A stretch of DNA of 64,000 nt from Azolla caroliniana. Its lineage: Eukaryota > Plantae > Polypodiophyta. The translations under genes were made by a program, and so were the position numbers. The notes below the pieces were generated by a model. The model was not told the DNA's origin. It was given only the letters and a program-made list of their open reading frames with translations, and did not search any database. This document shows positions 10,324 through 22,700 of this stretch, in pieces (positions within the stretch are counted from its first letter, which is position 1; each line of letters begins with the position of its first letter). The stretch is from assembly GCA_043228905.1 (NCBI GenBank), contig JBHGNT010000006.1, positions 10,292,001 through 10,356,000 on the forward strand, given 5' to 3'.

Positions 10324-13300
10324 ATGGAGGTGCAGAGGCGTGTGGTGCTGCTGAGCGTGGGAGGCCTGTCGAAGCTGGTGACATCGCTGCTCAACAACTC
10401 TGCCGCCCATAACCTGGACACCCTCATCCACCTCGTCCACTCCCGCCCTCCTCTCACCCCTCTCATCACCGTCAGCAATCACATGACCACGTAAGTTCGC
10501 CTCCATTTCTCTGCTCCCCCCCCCAATTCTTGTTTTCATAACTGTTTTCTCTAATGCCGTTTTGCTTCTGATTGCTATGGGTAATCCCCTAAAACAAAAT
10601 TTCAACATGTCCCTCAGTTCCTCTTCTGTTTTTTTTTTCAAATGCATTTATTTATTAGTTGTTATGGAAAATATCTGCAAATTCGACTTTATATCTTTTT
10701 GTGTTTTTTTAAATTTTACAGTACATTTTTTTTATTTTTATAGAAAATCTCAAAGGAGAGCACTATTTCCCCTACTACTCTTTTTCTTTATCCTGTGACT
10801 CGGGAGGAGAAAAAATGGCCCTGAATTGAGTGATGCTGCAAGTCATTCCATTTTTCTCCTGAGAAAATGTTCCCTTGTTATGGGATGCTGGATTCGTGTG
10901 GATGGTCGGATACATACTTATTAAGTCTTAATCACCATTATAAAAACATTTAAATTTAAAATGCACGATATCTTGGTACATCAGTTCTTTGAATGATATG
11001 TTAGAGACAGTCATGTGTCAGTGAAATCAAGGACTCAAATCTCATATTTAATATGCGAAGAGACTTACTAGATTTCTATTATAATGCTTTTTTTATAATG
11101 CCATTAAGATCCACATTACCCTCCTCACAACTATAATTCCCTGCAATGATTCGAAAGTTCTTGGATCCTCTCTATGTTTTCCCCACTTTTCCTCAACTAT
11201 TTGGTGTTTGGTAAACTACCTAAAATTATCATGTTCCTTTACAGACTTGATGATCCGTTGATGTGGGGCATAAAAGGTTTCAAATGTGATCCAAAAAAGG
11301 CACGTTGGACTCTGGCTGCCGAAGACATTTGCTTTACGAACCCTGTCTTTTCATACTTCTTTCGATTGGGTCAGGAATTCGGAAGTGTCATCATCTTCCC
11401 CTTTGTCTGTGAGAGAGAGAGAAAGAGAGAGTCTGCATGTGAGAGAGATGATCAATGTTAACAATTCGCTAAGGCTATTCTCTGTGCAACAGTAGACACG
11501 TAATGGGCAAGATCATGTAGTTCAAGAGAAAGGGGGAGGAGGAGACACACCACACCTATGGAGCAGCCATAAAAACCTAAATTTTATTTTCTATTTGACT
11601 TAACCTACCTAGTTAGTAATTTATATAGTGCTGATACCTAGTATTAGCAGTTAGAAGTTTATAACTTTACATAACCGCTTCAAGGTTGACCTATACTAGC
11701 TAACGTCGTTACTATGGTAGCTATTTCCCATGGTAGTTGCTGTGAACAATCACAGTTACTGAAAGTAAAAAAACTGCTTTTGTTGAGCTTGTTTCCTAAC
11801 AATCAGCTCATGAATGCTCTCAACAGATGATGCGAGATGCAATCAATGTTCTATGAGGTGCTCCACCGTATGGATCGTGCTTGATCTCGAATAATGATAC
11901 CATGTATCCTCTGATGTTAACTATGTGCTCCATGTGATAGTGATCATGTCCTCACGTTGCCAAATAAAGTTCTTGGTCAAGAAATCAATCTCTGCAAGGT
12001 GCTGGTTGTGTTTTCTTTTGAGGTGTCTTGGCACTGCATCCATTCTCTGCATTTGAACATGCCCTGCTGGCTAGCTACTCTTCAGGAGAGATACACTCTA
12101 GTGGAAACTTCTCCAAGCATATCTATGATCATAAAAGTCCTTGACTGGGGATGATTGCCCAATTTCACTGTGAAGAGGCAGTGGAAGCATCCTCTGATCT
12201 CATATTAAACTATGCAACAGCATAGGGAGTGCTCCTCATACTTGCCTCAGTATGACTTTATGGATTACCTGCTGCACTGGAGATATACCCTTACCGACCT
12301 ATCTTCTTTTTCCAACTGATGAGGTGTGGATCTGTCCAATTTGCATCTCAATCTGTGAGACAGTTGGATATTCAGATACACTCTATCTCGTTCTCCTACT
12401 GATGAGGTGCAGATCTTTCCAATGCTGCATCTCAATCCGTGAGACGGTTGGATATTCAGATACCCATGCATCTCTTTCTCCAACTGATGAGATGCAGATC
12501 CGTCCAATGGTGCATCTCAATCCTTGAGATAGTTGGATATTCAGATACTCATCTATCTCTTTCTCCATCTGATGAGGTGCGGATCTTTCCAATGGTGCAT
12601 CTCCATCCATGAGACAGATGGATATCCAGATCTCCAGAAAGCAGTATAAACCTACCCCCAATTATGTGGAGAAGATAGTCTCGATAAAAGGCCATCTTCA
12701 ATTGCCACATTGGTTTTATCCATTATTCATACTAAAAACCGAACCAAACAGTTAAAAATTTATGAAGCCATTTAAACCGAACCGTTTAGAGCCAAACCGT
12801 TTAAAAAATAGGAGAAACCAAATCGTTTACGGAAAATTTAGAACCAAACCAAACCAAACCATTTTTGACAGATATTGATCATCATACTTATTATAAATTT
12901 GTGTGAGAAAATCATCATAAATTTGGTCATCATACTTATAAAAAGTTTGGTCATTATAAATCAAAAGGAGACTTTGCATATAATGCATATAAAATTTAAT
13001 AAGTTAAAACTAGGGTTTTAAATTAAAGTTGAAAGTTAGAGCCTATAGGGAAAATTTAGGAGTGTTTTTTAACCTATAAGCCTATAAACCTTTAAACCAA
13101 AACTGATAAACAGCTAAACCATGAAATTCAAAACCGAACTAAACGGAAACCAAATGGAACAGTAACATTTGAAACCAAACCAAACTGTTTATTTATCTTC
13201 GAACCAATAAACCATTAAGAAGCGGTTTAATAGTTTTGTTCGGTTTGAGCCGAAACTGGACCCATTGCTATCCACACATCCAGGGGGTTGTATAAATCTA

Positions 13301-16300
13301 TCCCCAGTGATGTGGAGAAGATGGTCTCAAGATGAGGCTATATTCATGTGTAGCTACCTCTCTTCCCTTGGGCAATAATCTCCCTACACTCATCATCATA
13401 CAGATCTTTTGATGGTATATACCTGAATGTAATCTCCTTGTTTGGGTAGGATGTGCTGATGTAGAGTCTGCGTAAAAATCTGTGTCAACTTTGTGAGATG
13501 TCATTGGGGATCCTCTCCATTGAACATTTTGTAGATTACCATTTACATCTGTCTCCCTGCAGGTAGTATACCTCAGAAAGATCACCAGTGTAGTTAAGGG
13601 TTTTGGTTGTATACACTGATAGCTCATGTATTCAAGGCATTAGTGTGCTGGGAACAATAGTATAACCAACTGGGCTAGTGTCTAGTTGTTATTTATGGAG
13701 ACCATTCAAAATGGCCAGTCCATGTGTAGATCCCATCACCAAAAGAGATCTTTCATACTCAGTGAAGTCTTCAAAATTTGCAATCTCTGTCTCAAGCTGA
13801 ACTGCGATGAATCAAGCTCTCCCAATATCTCCTCTGAAGTATCAAAGGAAGAGGACTTGTAGTATGCTGCCCTAGTGTGAAAATCTCTAAGCATGTTCGT
13901 ATCTCCATTTCTTCATATATTGAGACCCTGCTTTTGTAGTCCTTGATTAACTTGTAGCACAAGGGTTGATGGAGCTAAAGAAAGTTGCATTGGTTCTTTG
14001 TTTATGAGCTGCTGTAGTTGTATTATTGTCCTTCCACAACTTCTATTTATGTCTCTTGAGTTCTAGCAAGAACTCCCAAGCACCATTGGTCTTTGTATTC
14101 CATTACCTTGCATTGTGGGCCAAAGCCTTATAAGAAGAGGTAGTGGTATATCCCTCTCATCTCATAAAACACTATGGCCGACATAATGTTCTTCTGATTC
14201 CTTCTGCCAATGGTACAATTAGCAAATCTGTCCTTCCATAGATTAGCATGCATAACTTCCTATCGCATTTTCTAACCGATGGGAAGAGGTCGAGAGTTGC
14301 CTTATCACATGCAAAACACATGAAGTAGATGCATATCCATACAATCAGGCATAATGATAAATGCATCTTGCAGTGTAGAGTGCTTTACAGTCGGCCATCT
14401 TCATACCAAGAGATGTTGTTGGGTGCTTTTATTATCCAATTTAATGATATCAGTCCGGATCATTGTATTCTTTTCCACTTTGGTCAATTCGAAGAGGGTG
14501 AGCAATCCCACCACTTCATTGTCTCTAAGAGGCCAAAATACTGTTAAAGAGGGATCAATAATGCTGCTGAACTCATTCATAATAAACTAAGAAACTGATC
14601 ATTAAAAAATATAAATTCCTTGGAGTTAAAAAGTTTCACCTTTGTTGTATAAATCATTTTGAATAGTTATTATACAAACTCTTAAGAGATGTCGAATCAA
14701 TGAGGATTTCAGATGTCCCTAATAGTCCTAGAACATCCTCTCTTTTTGTTTTTTAGAAGTTAAAAGGCCTATCCAGCCAAAATTCTAGCTACAGTTTTGC
14801 GAACTGTCCTGCTCTAACATAGTTTTGTTGTCAGATTATTTTCCCCAAAAGTAATTTTGGTCTAGTTGCCTCATTTTTTTGCACACAATTTTAAATGCAT
14901 AACATATTGCTTGAGTTTGATGTGTTTTGGCCCTCCAGAATGAAAAAATAAAAGTCATAAGAGAAGAACAATTTGGCTAGATTTGTGTTGATATATTACA
15001 TTTTATAGCATTTAGTTTTATGTGAACTTTAGTGAAATAAGACTAGTAAAATTCTTATATAAAATTTGGCAGATATGGTTGTATCTTTCAAAAAATGTTG
15101 AACCTAAAAAAGGCCGAAACATTTTCAAGAATCTTGCTGAATCAACTAATTTGCCAAATATTTGCTTAATTATTAAGGTTTTGCGATGAAAAAATGGTGT
15201 TGATGTTGGTTGTTCAGGAAAGTGTATTCCTATTACGCGCGGTGCTGGTATCAATCAACCGCACATGTATGAAGCCCTTGATAGGCTTAATGAGGGTGAA
15301 TGGGTAAACGTTACCTTCTTACCTTTTTTCCATCCCATTGAAGTTCACACAAAAATCCACTGATATGGATATAGATTTTTTATAGATTTTGCTGTTTTTT
15401 TGCATCATCAGATGCTGTCCAGTCATTCCTTTGTTATTATATTCTTTCATCTGTATTCATATTACATTTTGTTTTTTTCTCATTTGCAGTTGCACACTTT
15501 TCCTGAAGGTAAAATCTGTCAAGATAATGCCCCCATAGGCCGTCTGAAGTGGGGGGTTGCAAGTTTGATTGCGAAGGCAAGAGTCCCGCCCATAGTTCTA
15601 CCTATTTGTCACAGTGGATTTGAGAAAGTAAGTATTTTTGTTCCAGTGAGCATCATTTCAATGTCTATTTACACATTGAGCTCATTGATTATCGTACAAT
15701 ATCTATTTGCTTTCATAGATATCTCACATTGATAAAAAGGTCATATATTCGAGTTATACTGAAGTTGCTGGTTGGGTCTAGAGACTTTTTAGTTTTCTAA
15801 TCTGTGGATGTGTGTAATTTCTCTCCCGTTTTGTTAGTGATAGAATGATGTGAAAAGCAGTAGTCATTAAGAAAATTATCTTTAAAATAATTTCTCATCA
15901 ATTAAGTTTCTTCTTTTCCATCCCAGCACTCAATTGAGTTTTTTGCAGCAACATTTTGTGGAAAAAGTTTGGTTTTAAATGGCTTTTTTTTATGTGAAGA
16001 GATTATAAGTTTTTTCAGAAGGTAAAACTAGGAGAAAATGGAGAAAAAAGAGATGAAGAAAAATGGAAGATTGCAAAATTCAAATAGTAAAATAATGATA
16101 TATAAGATGAGCTGGATGAGTATAATGGTTTTTTTTAAGGACTCCTATATATACAATGATATATAAAGGTTATTCAATGAGTTGTTTTATTATGTCTCGT
16201 TAGTAGTCATATCCATGATTTAATATGTACTGGATTTTGTGACAGATGCAGTGAGTTTATTAACTTCTGTTCTTGACACTTCAGAGTTTTCTTTTTCAAT

Positions 16301-16770
16301 GTTTGAAGTAATAATAAACAAAACCTTGGGTTTTTATTATTTTTGTTTCATGAGCCAAAAACATTTTTTACGAATTATCCCTGTTTAAAAATAATAATTT
16401 CAATCTCAGGTTCAAACCAATTTGAGTGTTTATTTCTTCTTCATTATAGGTCATGCCAGAGAAATATTTGTTTGGAAGGAGACCATTACTACCATTATGT
16501 TTCAAAAACATCACCATTGTAGTTGGCAAACCTATGTCCTTTGACATACCAACTTTGCGACACACTGCTCAAGAATTTGTGAAGACGTCATACGATGGTG
16601 AAAATCCACGGTTCTCGGCAACCTCAGGGTCTCCTTCGGATTTGAAGCATACTTTGGTAGAAGACAGAGTGTCACTATGGCTATATGCACATGTGGCGGA
16701 TCAGATTCGCATAGCCATGCAAGAAGTTCTGTGCCAGGCGAAAATCCTCAATAAAAAGATGAGCTCGTAA
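10324..16770 (+). CDS. TAZ: Tafazzin (cardiolipin transacylase), 5 exons: 10324-10490, 11245-11369, 15218-15303, 15490-15627, 16450-16770; 278 aa
   Basis: PLITVSNHMTTLDDP (HX4D acyltransferase motif), RWTLAAEDICF, GKCIPITRGAG, HTFPEGK, LKWGVASLI, PIVLPI.HSGFEKVMPE; GT-AG introns with consistent phases. Confidence 0.93.
11456..11801. mobile_element. Solo LTR in tafazzin intron 2
   Basis: TGTTA...TAACA termini flanked by ATCAA / ATCAG (5-bp TSD with one mismatch). Confidence 0.65.
12285..12640. repeat. Tandem repeat, about 4 x 83-85 bp
   Basis: CTGATGAG unit starts at 12316, 12399, 12484 and 12569. Confidence 0.9.
12730..13275. mobile_element. AACCG/AAACC-rich non-autonomous DNA transposon (hAT/MITE-like) remnant
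   Basis: Dense AAACCG/AACCAAACC motifs at both ends; ends CCCATTGCTATCC; only one plausible terminus. Confidence 0.45.
13950..14590 (-). mobile_element. LINE 3' coding fragment in tafazzin intron 2; probably extends left as 3' UTR
   Basis: Minus strand reads ESEEHYV...GFGP.CKVMEYKDQWCLG..FLLELKRH, the same family as 7110-8250. Confidence 0.75.
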
Positions 16771-17006
16771 CAAGGTTGTATAAGTTTTCTTACCATTCTC
16801 ACATCATGCATTTTTTATCATTGTAATTTTTATTGTGGATATCATTTTTGTGGTGCTTCCATGCTATTGATGAATGAATGAGGGCTTGAGTTTAAGCTGC
16901 CATTGGTGAGGTTATTGAGAGCCATCATATGGCACTACAAAATAAATACCATTTCTCCTTGTGTTATTTGTGCATAGATTTTTCAACTTTTGTCATGATA
17001 AAACGA

Positions 17007-17435
17007 AAAATCCTGATTTTTGGCATTTCTTTTAACATCTTATTCAGTACATAATTAATAATAGTTTTCTGCATAAAGATTTGGTTACAGTTGAGCGAAC
17101 GTCTAGTTAAAATTATGGGTCTGAAGATATGAGGTGTCTATAATGTAGGCCATAGAAGCCACTTTGACCTTATTGAAAAACAGGTGCAGATATTTCAATC
17201 TATGTATTTATAAGAGTAAAAGTCCTGGTTTTTGGCATTTCGTTTTTCTTAACATCTTATTGAGTACGTAATAAATAATAGTTTTCTGCAGAAAGATTTT
17301 GTTACAGTTGAGCGTCTGTCTAGTTAAAAGTATGGATCTGAAGATACGTGGGTGGGGTCTATAATGTAGACATAAAAAGCTACATTTACCTCATTGAAAA
17401 ACAGTTGCAGATATTTCAATATATGTATTTATGAG
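17007..17435. repeat. Tandem duplication, 2 x about 212 bp, downstream of the tafazzin stop
   Basis: TTTTTGGCATTTC...GCAGATATTTCAAT occurs twice. Confidence 0.9.
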
Positions 17436-19716
17436 AGATGGTTGATTGGGAGCTTTGCAAAATTTCACTTAAGCAGCAATCCACAAAATGAGTTCACCAT
17501 AATTATGTTTTTCCATTTAGATTTTCTGGTTTTCAGAAGGTTTTAAAGTTGGAATTAGAGATATATCAATATAGGATTCTTTCATTTAATTGGTGTTTTT
17601 GTTTTGACTCTTGAGAGGTTCTAAATCAAGGTTAATGGAGTTGTTGAAAGTACCAAGTTTTTTCATGAGATAAAGAAGGCAGTGCGAGTTGAGATGCTTT
17701 AATTTCCTAATGTATTGTTGATTTGCATTGAGAATCAGGATTTAGCAGTTATGGGTTGATGAGCAGGCCCTGTGGCACCAACTGAGTACAATTCTAACAT
17801 CACATGTATAGGGAAAACATAAAATGCCAATGCCAAATTTCTAGGTACATTAACCACCTTTATAAAGAGCTTAAAGGGGATAAGAACACAGAAGGGTTCA
17901 TATAAAATTGCTTGGGAAAATATCATTAATACTAGTAGTTTATAGAGCTAATCAGTTATGATGTTGCTTAATTATGTTATGGAATTGAATTTGATCTATG
18001 GTCATTATGATGTCATTTGTTTTCCCTTTTGTAGTTGGGAATCCCATCATTATCTGCCTTATTAAATTCTAGGTTTAGTAATAAAGAAGATACCTTATCT
18101 TTCAATGGCTATATGATTACTGTAAATTAATATTCATGAAATAAATACTATGCTAATGTTTGATATAGCCCATATATGACGAGTCAGTAATTCTTGGATA
18201 TTTATTTTTATTAATCTGATTAGTTCTGGTCGTTATTGTATAGATATCTCAATTATGTAAAGCCTGAGATTCTTATTAGGATCTCTGTGTTTATTCATAA
18301 GATTGGCTTGTGTTTTTCAATTGCATCCATAAATGTGTATTCATGCATGTACATAATATATATTATTGAAACCGATGATACACATTAAAGTAGTCCATAG
18401 TAACATTGTTGTCCATCGGTACCATTAAACCAGAAGTGAAATCATAATTTCATCCATGTAAATGTGATGCTCTTGTTGCCAACAACGCAGGAGTTCATGG
18501 TTTTTTACCAGTCCATAATAGGTTTTAGGTTTCACAAGTCTATTATTGGGTTTGGACCTTGTTATCCAGCATGCAATTAGTGCATATCCCATTGCTATCT
18601 CTAGGCTGGATGTAACAGAGCCACTCAACCCAAACAGGCACCATGATGTGCAGTGTATCCTATCTTCCAAACATTTGTGTCTTGCTTGCATTGATATGAA
18701 ACTCATGTCTTTGGAACCTTGTTTATTGGCTTCCCCTGCAATTCTAAGAGAGGATATGAGAACTGAGCTAGAACATGGCCAACATTTGGAAGCATCCAAG
18801 GCTTGACTCATTGACTCAAGCACAGCAACACATTGACATGAGAGAAGAAAGTGTTTTGAAAGATGTCCTTAGTAAATGCAATTTCCACCTTTATTTAGGG
18901 TTTGTCAATTTTAGATTGGCGCAAGAGGCAACTGATCATCTCCTTCACTCTTAAGGGGGTTTCAAAGTCTGTTAATACAATGTTAAATTGACCATGAATA
19001 AAATTAAACATTCTCAATCTCTAGAATTTTCAATTATTCATGGTCAATTTAACAAGAGGCAATGATTATGATTCATTCAATTTCATTGGAGGACACCAGA
19101 GTTGTAGACACTCAAAATTAAAGGTTCTTGATTTTCAATATGTAGATCTAAAGAAATTGTTTGATATTTAATTGACATCTCATTTTTTATAACAATATGT
19201 GTCTGGATTTTCATTAAATTATACCATTAACAAGCAAAATGAAGATTTGTGGACACCCACTATGGACAGTGGGTAATTGAAGGTTCCTGTTGCAACTATA
19301 TTTTTCAATTATATACTGAAACTATTGTTGCAAAACATAGTAATAGACAACATGGGAGTTCACTAAGCAAAGGCATTAGTTGTTTGAACATCTATAAATA
19401 TGGACTCCCAATATTTGTTTCATTCTTTAAATTATCAAATCTACATTCAATTCTTACAAATAAGAATACAACCATCTGGAAATGAGTATCTTGGACAATT
19501 GTATTTTATTCAAAGTTATTACCATTTTATTTTGATTGCTTGAGGAGTACTATAGAGATGAGCTGGCTTCGATAATCTTCTAATACAAAATTCTAAAGTT
19601 CGTGAATCCAAACCTCTGATGAGAGATGGTCTCTTGTAAGCAATTTTTGGCAATACAGTCAATGATGTGAGTCTAAAAACAACAAATTAGGGTTGTCAAA
19701 GAAACAAATCACCAAC

Positions 19717-22700
19717 TTACTTCCTTATGTTCCCGAGACATATATATTTCGCCTGCATCAATCCACCGCCGTATTATTAAAAGATGAGGGAAATATGATA
19801 ATATAATGAAAAAACAGTTAAAAAGGGTACCCACTTCTATATACTCCTCAATGCCATATTTTGATCCTTCTCGTCCAAGGCCTGACTGCTTTATACCACC
19901 AAAAGGAGCCACCTATCACAGGAAAAAATGTTGTCATAAATAACATTTTGATTTTTAACATGTTCATCACAGAAGATTACGACTAGGCTACAAACGTAGA
20001 ATGAAAAAGAAAAAGAAACTGTACGAGTCCAGCCTGTCACTTGTAAATCCATATTTAATGTGTATTTACATATTTCAACATAACATAGTTCATTTACTCA
20101 AGTTTGTGAGGTCATTTATATATTTCAACACAACATACATGCATTTGTTACTGTGTTCAGGTATGCTGTGAAGTTAAATTAATGAACGGAGTAGAAGTTT
20201 GAAATGGTACCTCTGTAGAGATAATGCCTTCATTTACACCAACCATTCCATATTCTAAAGATTCTGACACACGCCATGCTCGTGACAGATTTTCCGTGAA
20301 CACATATGTGGCCAAACCTGAAAACCAGTATATCAGTATTTGCCCGTTTATTAGGTGGCCAAACCTGAAAGGTATTTTATTATACTGATAAAAACCTATT
20401 GCCAAGAATATGAAAATGACTTTTTTTAAGTGTTTAACCTAGAAACCTATATCAGTAGGCATTTGATACAAGTTTCACAAATTTCCTTCGTTACTAACGC
20501 CACAAAATTGATATTTTTTGCTTCAAAGGTAAATAAAAATTACTCCAACAAGAGGTATACAAATTTCCTTCATTACTAAACGCCACAAAATTTATATTTT
20601 TAGCTTCAAAAATAAATAAAAATTACTCTGACAAGAGGTATTGAAATAGTTTAGAACATTAGTCTAGAGAGTACAAACTTCATTGTATATACATCTTAGG
20701 ATGATTAGTTAAAAGTATTACATGAAGTATTATTTCATGCTTTCTATGCCAGACAGTACATTGACAAAAAGTACAGCGGCTAAGAAACTGCTTTCCCTTA
20801 CCAAAAACTGTATCATTCGCCATTTTTATAGCCTCCTCTTCTGTGTTGAATCGAATCAAAGGAGCAACAGGTCCAAAAACTTCCTCTCTGCACCAAATAT
20901 AAAAAAAGAAAGAATAAATTTATTGCTTTCGGATCCTTTCTTTTTATAGCCAAAATCTTCAAATAGTAATACATGGCTTCCAGGAAATGCAATAATGGAG
21001 AGAACTCTGATCCATGCTTAATAGGAATTTACAAGACACAAAAATAGAGACTTACTAGAGCCAACCTATGATACTCTAATTGATACCATAAATATTAATA
21101 TATCGCTTCTTCTCTGCTCTGAAACTCCTAATTCCAAACCCTAATATCAGCCCTATAATTGTTCTGATATCCTAAAATCAACCAGCCATTCGGTTTGATG
21201 CCAAAATCCTGTTGGAAGGTCATCTAAGAGAACATGGGTGTGAGGCTTTGACGACTACAAAAGGGTATTTATAAAAAATACATAAGTACAAGTTATATGC
21301 CATGATAAACTGGGATATGCAAAGCCCAGATAAAGGTAAGAATGGGCTCAAAAATTAGATAGAAAGCAGGGTGGGCAAGGAGATTCTGAAAGAAAGGTCT
21401 ACCAAATGTAGGCCATTGTACAAAGTGGCCCAACTGGCTTGACATAAATTTCTTATTTCAAATCTTGCATAAAAGGATTTTCTTCTGATGGATGGCTTCT
21501 TGCTTGAATGTTTGGCAGCTAGGCAGATTTGTCTGAAATCACTTACGTTTTTACATTGTTTATTTTCTCTATAGCCCTAAACACTGCAGCAGTAGTGGAC
21601 CATGATTATTGAAATCCAGCTTGCACCAGCAGTGGACCCTGAGATCGGGTTCATATGATTGCAAACAGCAATTCATAATCGAAACAGTTAAAACAATTAC
21701 AACTGAAGGAACGCCAATCATTTTGCTACAGCTAAAGATTAGGAGGGGAGAATAATTTACCTGAAAATAAGCATATGATTCTTGGCATCTCCAAGAACAG
21801 TTGGCTCATAAAAGGTACCACCCAAACTATGTCTCTTTCCACCAAGTAGCACATTAGCTCCCTGTAGCAAAAAGAAACTCAGCATAATCTATTTGAGACA
21901 GAACTTTGCACATAAACATGACAATCATAAAAGAAGTCCAACAAAAACAAACCTATTACGAATAAAGACAAATAGATCAGAGATGGTCGATATAGCATAA
22001 AAATAGACAAAGAAATTCACTATGACATAAGAAGCACTTATTTAAAGCAAAGATATCATCAAACACTTATTTAAACCGTATGGAAAATGTGTGTCTTGTG
22101 AACTGGTTGCAATAAGTAGTTCCATCTCTTAGCAGACATGACAATTAGCTCACCCTGATATAGACATAGATATAGATATAGCTCAACCTCCTAATTCATA
22201 CCTTCTCTACAGCATCTGTAATGTGAGTCTCAACCTGAAAAGCCAAATAGTTGAAATCATAAGCATACAATTACCACAATTACTTTAATTTTACCCACTC
22301 CATTCTCTGAAATAATAGCTCCTGCCCCCATCCCCAAATTACAGCAGCATGATCACCTTCTTTATTGCAGCTTCGTTGATCAAAGGTCCCTGTAATGAAA
22401 ACCTTTTTTTTCTCTTTTTCACAAACAAACCAAGGCATGTGTCTTTGTGAACTACATCATAAGACTATAAAATTGGTTCACTCACAACCCATCGATACTA
22501 AGCTTCCACAAAAGTTTTAAAAGGAGTTGATTCTTTAGTTGATTTCACATAATATGAAAGCCACTAACATTAACAGTCTATTGATTGCTGACAACAATGT
22601 GTGGCATGTAGCTTATAGAAAGGAAATCATCTTCTATCTTCTATTCCAGATGTACAACCATTTTCTGGATCTGTTTTTTGAATTAGACTGGAAAATACTA

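Noticed and set aside
16770-19717. Functional cluster of two mitochondrial genes (TAZ and SSADH)
   Set aside because: Convergent neighbours with no shared regulatory evidence; probably chance
21056-21690. Possible LTR remnant with PBS-like TGATACCA
   Set aside because: No clear termini or TSD
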